Source of the DNA: a virus
Lineage: Duplodnaviria > Caudoviricetes
Strand: one strand, 5' to 3'
IMG/VR virus record: IMGVR_UViG_3300037070_000817
Span: 1 to 24,462 of that record
DNA length: 24,462 nt
The translations under genes and the position numbers were made by a program. Under the pieces are notes generated by a model. The model ran no database searches, was not told where the DNA came from, and saw only the letters and a program-made list of their open reading frames with translations. Below are positions 18,229 to 24,462 of this stretch, piece after piece. Position 1 is the stretch's first letter. Each line of letters opens with the position of its first letter.

Positions 18229-18734
18229 GGAGCGCGATTCTTGGCTTGCTCCAGCGATGTTGCCCACCGACAGTTCCCCGGCTCGTAGTTGCCATCGTTG
18301 TCGATCCGGTCGAGCGACATGCCTTCGGGACGTTCTCCCATGTCGACCAGGAAGTTCTCGAACTTCGCCCAGCGCTCGCAGACAGTAATCTCTCGCCCTC
18401 CGTAACGATGCCATGCAATGCCATTGGGATTACTGCATCGTTGCCTCATTGACTTCCAGGATGAATAAGTCCGAGAAGTCCCGCTTCTGGAAGTGTGCCC
18501 ATGAACAGGACGACCCTTGGAATCAGGGTTCCCCGCCAACCCCTGTTCGTGAAGAACACTCATACTCCTCGATGCAACTTCTCGACGCAAACACCCACAG
18601 GAACGAGTCAATCCGTTCATGAGTGCATACTTGTCAATGCCACGCACGGCACCGCAATCGCACCGGCAAATCCATTTGCGTTGTCGAGTTTCCGCTTCCA
18701 GGACAATCAGTCGTCCGAAGCGTTGACCATTCAT
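18225..18734 (-). CDS. HNH homing endonuclease, 169 aa
   Basis: [46 protein letters not shown] and [20 protein letters not shown] form the classic phage HNH signature. Confidence 0.93.
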   Translation of the reverse strand: MNGQRFGRLIVLEAETRQRKWICRCDCGAVRGIDKYALMNGLTRSCGCLRREVASRSMSVLHEQGLAGNPDSKGRPVHGHTSRSGTSRTYSSWKSMRQRCSNPNGIAWHRYGGREITVCERWAKFENFLVDMGERPEGMSLDRIDNDGNYEPGNCRWATSLEQAKNRAP

Positions 18735-19594
18735 GCGTCCAGGCCCAGAGCTTCAGCACACTCTCGGAGTGTGTCGAGACTCCTGCGCCGCGGGAGATCC
18801 CAAGGTGGCACCGATCGTTGCAAATCAAGGAAGTAAGTTCGCATGTTGGCCTCCAAGTGCCACCCCAATGGCAGCCTGAGCAAATTGCCCAAGCTGTCAG
18901 GCTCCGAAAGACCGTCCTGTTTGGGGAAGACCTCGATCTCCACCCAGCCCTCAACGTCGTCCGGGGCGTTCTTGTAGAAACTTTCACTCTTGCGCCAGAA
19001 CCCGGCGACATTCTCCAGGACGGAGTGTGCCATGGCTCGGGCCTCGACTCCAGGTACCAGATCACCGAACGGCACGATCACGTGCGCTCCGCCCCCGGTG
19101 ACGACCGGCAGGACGGGGAGATTCAGCACCTTGTCCACCTGTGCAGCCACTCTCATCGCCGTCTCACGGACAAGACAGCGCGCCCAGCGATGTGCCTCCA
19201 TGTCGGGGTCGTGGAGTGCTGCCTCAAGCGGCCCGACACGGGCATCGGGGTCGAGAGTGCCTTCGTAGGCACCCTGAGCCTCCATCCGCTCCAGTTCGTC
19301 AAGGTCACGAACGATGAAGTACGGACCCTCGGGCTTCAGGTCGATATCGAACGCCACGAACTTGCATGTCGACTCACGACTGTGGAGGTAGGTGCCGAGA
19401 CACTTGGTATCGAGCAAGTGTGCCCGAAAGTCGCCTTTGGTGAACTTGCTCCGCTGGGCGACCCATCCGGCCGGTCGTGGTGATCCGTCATGGTGGGTTC
19501 CCGCTGGAAGGTATAAGGCCTTCGCGTCACGGCGCGCGACGAGAAGTGCTCCGAGTAGTTGGGCGGCTGCGTCCGCAGATTGCTGCTTGTCCAT
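18731..19594 (-). CDS. Archaeo-eukaryotic primase/prim-pol catalytic domain (TOTE-primase-like), 287 aa
   Basis: AEP motif I FVAFDID, motif II TGGGAHV, and IEVFPKQ...[17 protein letters not shown]. Confidence 0.85.
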   Translation of the reverse strand: MDKQQSADAAAQLLGALLVARRDAKALYLPAGTHHDGSPRPAGWVAQRSKFTKGDFRAHLLDTKCLGTYLHSRESTCKFVAFDIDLKPEGPYFIVRDLDELERMEAQGAYEGTLDPDARVGPLEAALHDPDMEAHRWARCLVRETAMRVAAQVDKVLNLPVLPVVTGGGAHVIVPFGDLVPGVEARAMAHSVLENVAGFWRKSESFYKNAPDDVEGWVEIEVFPKQDGLSEPDSLGNLLRLPLGWHLEANMRTYFLDLQRSVPPWDLPRRRSLDTLRECAEALGLDA

Positions 19595-19653
19595 AGGCGC
19601 TCCCTGGCGCTCGATTCTCCGGTGGTCCCACCCCTGGAGGGGACGGGACGGTC

Positions 19654-19682
19654 ACACTACTCGCCGCTTCGAAAGGGGTCAA
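19654..19682 (-). promoter_or_regulatory. SigA-type promoter for the replication operon
   Basis: TTGACC (19682-19677), 17 nt, TAGTGT (19659-19654); about 60 nt upstream of the primase ATG. Confidence 0.75.
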
Positions 19683-19694
19683 CGTTGGCCGGTA

Positions 19695-19728
19695 AACGAG
19701 CCAGGCCCGCCGGGTGGGGCGGGCCTGG
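19695..19728 (-). terminator. Intrinsic terminator-like hairpin
   Basis: 11-bp perfect stem CCAGGCCCGCC / GGCGGGCCTGG (19701-19711 / 19718-19728) with a 6-nt loop, followed by CTCGTTT on the minus strand. Confidence 0.7.
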
Positions 19729-19810
19729 ACGTTCCCTTTGACAACTCATCGCTTCGGTACTTGGGGGTCCTGTGGGCGATGCGGTTCCCGGAGCCGTGGA
19801 CAAGACGGCA
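19695..19810 (-). ncRNA. Candidate small structured RNA (~110 nt)
   Basis: Bounded by its own near-consensus promoter and a terminator. Internal hairpins GCCGT/ACGGC and CATCGC/GCGATG. No SD-supported ORF. Family not recognised. Confidence 0.45.
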
Positions 19811-19816
19811 GCACGA

Positions 19817-19845
19817 ACTCTAGGGGTCTACTTGCATTCTGTCAA
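19817..19845 (-). promoter_or_regulatory. Strong SigA-type promoter
   Basis: TTGACA (19845-19840), 17 nt, TAGAGT (19822-19817), immediately after the stop at 19847. Confidence 0.8.
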
Positions 19846-19846
19846 C

Positions 19847-20872
19847 TCAGTCGAACCGAAATACGTCCTCATCAGGCACTTCCCAGTCGACAAGCGACTC
19901 CTCGTATGCCTCTCGGCGTGGAGTCGCCTCGGCAAAGGACTCGTCGCCCATCAGGGCAGCGACAGATGGGTCCACCCCCAGGTCTGCCTTCTCGATGCGA
20001 TCTCGCTCGGCAGCAATGACCGGATGGGTCGGGTCGGTGACGTCGATCGGGTGGCCATCGACGTAGATGATGTTGTCTTCGTCGTGGTCGGGGATCTCCT
20101 CCTCCGGCTCATCTGCCAGCACAAAGTCCTTGACCTCTTTGAGCGTGATGGACTTGACGAGTCCAATCATCTGCTCGTCATCACCGAACTTGATCGTTGC
20201 CGGGCCAGGAACGAAACTTGACGAGCCCTCACCAGCAATGGCTTGCCGCGGGTAGCCGCTGCCGCCCGTGACCCAAGTCGTACCGGACGAGATCATCACC
20301 GGAGAGAAGATCTCGCGCTCGACCTGCGTCATCGGCTTGGAATACAAGTGCTTGTGGAGCACGTTCATCCCAGCTTCGAAGAGGACCCGCTCCGCCCAGA
20401 GATTGAGGCTGAGCCCCTCCTCCTCGGCAGCGTCCTTGATCACGTCCCGGACGGACGCCAACAAACGGATCAACTGGCCCGTTCGGAGCTTGATCTCCTG
20501 GGGCTCGGCGGGCGTGTCCAGAAGGTCGTGCTCGACCGTGAATGGGTCCTTGTAGATCGTAACCCGAACATCAACCGGATCGGGACCCTGCGGCGCTCCG
20601 GTCATGGACGGCTGAGCCTCCCACGTCAGATACGACTCCCGGTGGAAGGAGATGTACTCACCACTGACAGCCAAGCCACCGAGAGGCTCGGGCATCTTGA
20701 TCGGGTGCGCCGTCCCGCCAACCTTGACGTGTGCTCGCCATTTGGCCCATTCCTTCATGGGAAACGAGATCACATCATTCTTGGGGACCGTCACGGACTC
20801 ACCGCTCGGTTCCAACTTCGGTACAAGGTCAAGGTCGGGAAGCACTCGCTTGGTGGTGGGAACATCGGACAT
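19847..20872 (-). CDS. Hypothetical protein with central ribbon-helix-helix (HicB/Arc-like) segment, 341 aa
   Basis: Start moved to ATG 20872 (AGGAGGAG RBS, TGATG overlap). GQLIRLLASVRDVIKDAAEEEGLSLNLWAERVL fits an RHH pattern. Acidic C-terminus. Confidence 0.65.
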   Translation of the reverse strand: MSDVPTTKRVLPDLDLVPKLEPSGESVTVPKNDVISFPMKEWAKWRAHVKVGGTAHPIKMPEPLGGLAVSGEYISFHRESYLTWEAQPSMTGAPQGPDPVDVRVTIYKDPFTVEHDLLDTPAEPQEIKLRTGQLIRLLASVRDVIKDAAEEEGLSLNLWAERVLFEAGMNVLHKHLYSKPMTQVEREIFSPVMISSGTTWVTGGSGYPRQAIAGEGSSSFVPGPATIKFGDDEQMIGLVKSITLKEVKDFVLADEPEEEIPDHDEDNIIYVDGHPIDVTDPTHPVIAAERDRIEKADLGVDPSVAALMGDESFAEATPRREAYEESLVDWEVPDEDVFRFD

Positions 20873-21450
20873 CAGGGCTCCTCCTTCTGGGAGGGGATCT
20901 CCCACTCGATCTCGGACAGCTTGCGGATCTCGACCTGGGGACCCTCGACGTCGTGGTGCGCCGCCATGGTGCCAAGTCGCTCCAACATCTCGACCATCCA
21001 CTCCTCTTCGCATTGGTTCCAGCACGCGATCCCCTGGAAGTTCTTCGTCTCGGTGAAGATTTCGTGGCCGACCACCGTTCCGAACATGGGCAGGTAGAGA
21101 TCACGGTCTGGAGGAGGATGCTGGCGAAGACTGCAAGTACGGGAGTAGAGCGTCATCGACCAGTGCCAGCCGGGGTTCGGATTCTTGCGGCCGTAGTGGT
21201 TGCGGTCGATATGGACAAGAAAGCCATTCTCCATGGGGATGTAGACGCTCCACGAGTAGTACCCCTGGCCACCCAGCGAGCGATCGAGCCAGTCATAGCC
21301 TTCGGCTACCTCGTGCTCGGTGGGCGGACAGACGATGATCCCGGCCGGGAACATCTGACCGGCCAGGACGATGGTCGAAAGCTTGATCTGGAGGACGCCG
21401 ATCGAGTCGTAACACAAGGTCTTGGGCCTGTCAGCCCACTTGTCGGTCAT
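20872..21450 (-). CDS. Hypothetical protein, 192 aa
   Basis: Overlap-coupled on both sides; aromatic-rich globular sequence; no family recognised. Confidence 0.75.
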   Translation of the reverse strand: MTDKWADRPKTLCYDSIGVLQIKLSTIVLAGQMFPAGIIVCPPTEHEVAEGYDWLDRSLGGQGYYSWSVYIPMENGFLVHIDRNHYGRKNPNPGWHWSMTLYSRTCSLRQHPPPDRDLYLPMFGTVVGHEIFTETKNFQGIACWNQCEEEWMVEMLERLGTMAAHHDVEGPQVEIRKLSEIEWEIPSQKEEP

Positions 21451-21635
21451 GTCGCCACCCCCTTCAGGGCCAGAGAATCGAAGCGATCCCGGTCGAAGTC
21501 AATGGTGGTACCATTCAGTGCTCGGGCGATTGCGTCCGCGGCGAGCCCCACCCCACCACGGCTCATGGGTTGATGGCACGACTGGCGCGCTTCGAAGAGC
21601 GCATAGGCGATGAGATCCTGCTCTTGTTGAGTCAT
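21447..21635 (-). CDS. Small hypothetical protein, 62 aa (FDRDRF motif)
   Basis: Start moved to ATG 21635; ATGA overlaps at both ends. An FDxxRF C-terminal motif is common in small phage proteins. Confidence 0.7.
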   Translation of the reverse strand: MTQQEQDLIAYALFEARQSCHQPMSRGGVGLAADAIARALNGTTIDFDRDRFDSLALKGVAT

Positions 21636-21943
21636 CCCCTGCACCCGCCCTCGTGGATCGTCTCCGCTTCGTCGCCCGTCCCAGAGTCGACATCGGGGCC
21701 TTGTCCGAGATGTTCGCCAACGGCGATGAATGCCTGGACGAGCGCAGCCATGTCTTGGGCGAACTCCACGTACATTGCCTGCCACTTGATGGCGGCTTCT
21801 GCGAAGGCTCGGAGAAACGCTGCAAGCGCTTCGGCCGAGTCGATATCGGGAAAGGCCGGTGGGTACCCGTGATGAAACGGCGTGGTGGATTGGTTGCCAG
21901 CGTCCAGGATCTCAAGTATCCGATCGATGCGTTCGTGGCTCAC
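21632..21943 (-). CDS. Hypothetical protein, 103 aa
   Basis: GTGA/ATGA overlaps with its neighbours; GGAAGG RBS. Confidence 0.7.
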   Translation of the reverse strand: MSHERIDRILEILDAGNQSTTPFHHGYPPAFPDIDSAEALAAFLRAFAEAAIKWQAMYVEFAQDMAALVQAFIAVGEHLGQGPDVDSGTGDEAETIHEGGCRG

Positions 21944-22233
21944 GGGTCACCCTTCCCGATCATGAAGAAGGCAGCGAGGGACAGGCACAGGACGACGATC
22001 ACGATGATCACGCCGAAAAGGAAGTACGTCCACTCCCCCAGCGGTTGCTTGTCGGGGATCGCCTTCCAGGTAGGCACCCCCTCGACCTGCGGGCCGGGAA
22101 CCCAGTGGAAGTCGTAGCAATCGCCCTCCAGGGTGTGGTGGACGCCTTCGTGTTCGTAGAACCCGCCCGGTGGCACCTCGTACTGGCCGCAAGTGCAGGG
22201 CTTCCAGTCGACGGGGTTCGAAGTATCGCTCAT
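21940..22233 (-). CDS. Small membrane protein, 97 aa
   Basis: Start moved to ATG 22233 (ATGA overlap). C-terminal transmembrane helix WTYFLFGVIIVIVVLCLSLAAFFMI; N-terminal CTC...H..HH....C. Confidence 0.72.
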   Translation of the reverse strand: MSDTSNPVDWKPCTCGQYEVPPGGFYEHEGVHHTLEGDCYDFHWVPGPQVEGVPTWKAIPDKQPLGEWTYFLFGVIIVIVVLCLSLAAFFMIGKGDP

Positions 22234-22658
22234 AACGCGGCCTTCCCGGCCTCGATGGCGTTGGCGAACCACCCGATCATCAAGGACTCGTCGCCGCCGT
22301 GCATCGCGACGAACTCGTGCGCCCACTTGGTGGCGTCGGTGCCCATGTAGGCCAGTTGAGCGCCGTCCGTCATCTCGCGAAGAGTGCTTCGGACGCCAGC
22401 AGCGCCGTATTCGTTCACAAGATGAGCCATCGAACGAACCAAGTCCTCACTGACCGTCCCTGAAGCGATGGAGGGCGGCTCGTACTCCGGATTCGTGATG
22501 GGTTGGGGGTTGTCTTGGTCACTCATGTCTTGGTGTCTCCGATCCAGTTCCATCGCTCTGTTGTAGATCTCCATGCCAACGACACCGATCTCGTCGTGCG
22601 TCGCGAGGATGTCGAGAAGGATCGTTAGCTCCTCCTGCGTCAATAGAAGAATCATCAT
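22230..22658 (-). CDS. Hypothetical protein, 142 aa
   Basis: Start moved to ATG 22658 (AAGGA RBS, ATGA overlap). C-terminal DATKWAHEF...MIGWFANAIEAG. Possible second start at 22526. Confidence 0.7.
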   Translation of the reverse strand: MMILLLTQEELTILLDILATHDEIGVVGMEIYNRAMELDRRHQDMSDQDNPQPITNPEYEPPSIASGTVSEDLVRSMAHLVNEYGAAGVRSTLREMTDGAQLAYMGTDATKWAHEFVAMHGGDESLMIGWFANAIEAGKAAL

Positions 22659-22924
22659 TTCCAAGTCCTTCCTGGCCAGCCGAGGTAGACCACCGGCACG
22701 AACAGTACTTCGTGGTCGGGGTACAGGTCTTTGGTAATCGAGCGACAGATCGCTTCGTTGTGGTTGCACTGGGGCGACGAATGGGGGCCGTAGAGGTTGT
22801 AGAAGGTGAGTCCCTTTTTGGGATGGACGACCCACCAGCGGTCCACGAGCACTTCACCGTCTCGCGGCTTGGTCGCTTCGTCCAACGGGCGGTACTCGAT
22901 CCTGTCTTGTTGTAGTCCTGCCAT
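22655..22924 (-). CDS. Hypothetical protein, 89 aa (first early gene)
   Basis: ATG 22924 with AAAGAGAGG RBS; DRWWVV...SPQCN motif; just downstream of a promoter. Confidence 0.75.
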   Translation of the reverse strand: MAGLQQDRIEYRPLDEATKPRDGEVLVDRWWVVHPKKGLTFYNLYGPHSSPQCNHNEAICRSITKDLYPDHEVLFVPVVYLGWPGRTWK

Positions 22925-22992
22925 CAAGTGGCCTCTCTTTCTCGTCCAGCCCTGCAAGTGACGGCCCAGGGCGGGCCTCACGGGCTACCAGA

Positions 22993-23021
22993 ACGATAGC
23001 ACGTTGATACCAGCATGTCAT
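22993..23021 (-). promoter_or_regulatory. Early promoter (extended -10)
   Basis: ATGACA (23021-23016), 17 nt, TATCGT (22998-22993) with a TGn extension. The leader can fold into a hairpin (about 22948-22986). Confidence 0.65.
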
Positions 23022-23262
23022 CACCCCCCGAGGCTTCACCGAAGCCCTTGCAAGTGCCACGTAAGCCCAGCCGAAGCCCGCCAAGCCCGACCGGCTTCCC
23101 AAGTCGCCAGTACAGGGCCGAGAGCCCGCCTCGACCCTGTGCGCCATGTCCGATAGCAGAATGATATCGAGATGCTCTCCGGGGCCGCCGTTAAGTACAA
23201 ATGGCGCGCAAACGAGCCCTCGGGCGGCCATCCCAGGCGGCCACCCTCACAGGCTGGTCAAA

Positions 23263-23276
23263 CGAACATACGTTTG
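23263..23276. promoter_or_regulatory. LexA (SOS) box-like site CGAAC-ATAC-GTTTG
   Basis: Matches the Gram-positive/actinobacterial CGAAC-N4-GTTYG consensus. Confidence 0.55.
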
Positions 23277-23284
23277 TAAAATGT

Positions 23285-23570
23285 TAGCGGAAACAGTTGT
23301 CAATAACGGAAACAGGCAATGTAAATTGTTGGGTCTGGAATCTCATAATTGGAAACAGGTAAAGTACCTAGTACTACTACATATATACTACTACTATTTA
23401 CCTATTTCACTATTTACATTACTTTCTATATCTCTCCAAGTTTGTCCATCTCCTGCTAAACTCGGGAGCGAACGCACGTACGAGCGAAAATGCGTTGTGC
23501 CTGCGTGCGTGCGTGAGCCCCCCGGTGCGTGTGTGTGTAGGGACCCGGAAAATGGTAAACAGGTAAACCG
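23285..23570. other. Putative replication origin (AT-rich core with inverted repeats)
   Basis: 23341-23460 is 31% GC (37/120) in a high-GC genome. GAAACAGGTAAA (23352-23363) is inverted to TTTACCTATTTC (23397-23408) around a TACTACTAC/ATATAT core. AATGTAAAT/ATTTACATT pair; alternating GT tract at 23500-23538. Confidence 0.55.
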
Positions 23571-23724
23571 GCCATATGTTCGATCGGTAATCGCGGCGAT
23601 CGGGTCATGGTCGAAGTGCTCTCCAAGTGCCCTCTCTGAGCGCTCGATCTCGGGAGCCTCTCTGAGCCCCCGGATGGGACCCATAGAAGTGATCTAAGTG
23701 CGGTTTGACGCAAATCTGTCTTGC

Positions 23725-23739
23725 TGAACGTATGTTCGA
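23725..23739. promoter_or_regulatory. LexA (SOS) box-like site TGAAC-GTAT-GTTCGA
   Basis: One mismatch to the CGAAC-N4-GTTCG core; it shares 12 bp (CGAACATACGTT, inverted) with the site at 23263. Confidence 0.55.
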
Positions 23740-23889
23740 TCGTGTTCCAAAACCTCAAGCACATCGGTTTGCCTCAGAGGCGCCAAACTCTTGCCGCCCC
23801 GCCCGACAAAGCTGCCCCAAAGCCGCTCCGAATAAGGTCTATAAAGCCGCCCTAACGCCCTCGAAAGCCGCCTAAAACCCCTGGGAAAA

Positions 23890-23915
23890 CCGCCGATAAT
23901 CGGCATTATCGGCGG
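23890..23915. repeat. Perfect 11-bp inverted repeat
   Basis: CCGCCGATAAT-cggc-ATTATCGGCGG. Confidence 0.85.
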
Positions 23916-24158
23916 GAAACGGGATCGCTTCTATTCGGGAATCGGGAGCCCGCGGAAAGGCGTCAATCGACTCTATAAGTCATCGGCACTCGGTCGGGAT
24001 AGCCATATAGAAGCGGATGGTTCCCGCGAATTGCATTCTATAAGTACGCTACGCTCGCGCCTTGTCATCCCAATGACGCAACATTACATCGGCATTTGTC
24101 CACTATGCGCCCTATGCGAATTCTTGTGGAATCGTCAATCCTGGCGAAACCCTACGGT

Positions 24159-24237
24159 CAATCGCTTCTATCCCGTACCACCGATCGCACGCAATCGCTT
24201 CTATCGCACTCCGGCCGATTCACGCAATCGCTTCTAT
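24159..24237 (+). repeat. Three iteron-like direct repeats CAATCGCTTCTAT at 33-bp period
   Basis: Exact 13-mers at 24159, 24192 and 24225. Confidence 0.9.
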
Positions 24238-24295
24238 GGGCGCGCCAGACCAGGACGGCCGCGACCAGCGACCAGCACGGCCGGACGTGCTCGAC

Positions 24296-24462
24296 GTGCT
24301 CGACGTCCCTGCGGCTCCTGGTCGACCAGGGACGGCCGTGCTCGACGTCGACCGGCTCCGGCCGTGCTCGACGTCCCTGCGGCTCCTGGTCGACCAGGGA
24401 CGGCCGTGCTCGACGTCGACCGGCTCCGGCCGTGCTCGACGTCCCTGCGGCTCCTGGTCGAC
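24296..24462. repeat. 68-bp perfect tandem repeat rich in palindromes (at least 2.4 copies, runs off the window)
   Basis: Units start at 24296, 24364 and 24432. Each complete unit contains CCTGGTCGACCAGG and TCGACGTCGA palindromes. Confidence 0.95.

Noticed and set aside
18229-18414. N-terminal extension of the helicase ORF (and similar extensions of ORFs starting at 6502, 11255, 21025, 21785, 22326, 22835)
   Set aside because: They overlap real upstream genes; downstream starts with coupled overlaps or RBSs fit better.
18225-18734. Group I intron or intein interrupting a single primase-helicase gene
   Set aside because: Both flanking genes have their own stop or start with ATGA overlaps, and there is no non-coding room for an intron core.
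19695-19810. tRNA or known riboswitch
   Set aside because: No cloverleaf, TTCGA T-loop or recognisable aptamer consensus; kept only as an unknown sRNA candidate.
1-22924. High frequency of GATC/TCGA as a modification signal
   Set aside because: Plausibly explained by ATC/GAC/GTC codon usage in high-GC genes; a Markov-corrected count would be needed and could not be run.
23146-23906. ORFs in the control region (23146-23697, 23394-23684, 23456-23764, 23694-23906)
   Set aside because: They cross AT-rich and repetitive DNA, lack clear RBSs and phage-like codon bias, and give low-complexity translations.
24159-24462. CRISPR array
   Set aside because: The 13-17-nt repeats are too short and their spacers resemble each other; the 68-bp units are identical with no unique spacers; no cas genes are present.

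Overview
This window is part of a high-GC tailed phage genome, most likely a siphovirus with an actinobacterial host (inferred from composition, GTG starts, leaderless promoters and LexA-box type). Every credible gene is on the minus strand. From right to left: a ~1.4 kb non-coding control region (AT-rich origin-like core, LexA-like boxes, phased A-tracts, 33-bp and 68-bp repeats), seven small early genes, and a ~110-nt promoter-and-terminator-bounded candidate small RNA. Next come a replication module (stand-alone AEP prim-pol, HNH endonuclease, Zn-finger plus DUF3987-type helicase) and a 480-aa protein in the small-terminase slot that seems to carry a TGT/DpdA-like barrel and a 4-Cys cluster. 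The morphogenesis genes follow: large terminase, Mu gp29-like portal, Com-like zinc ribbon, protease with nested scaffold, decoration protein, lambda-E-like capsid, Mu-like neck genes, tail tube, tail chaperone with a -1 frameshift, and a tape measure gene running off the left edge. The best candidate for new biology is the TGT-like/terminase-small fusion. All family assignments come from motif reading by eye and were not confirmed by searches.
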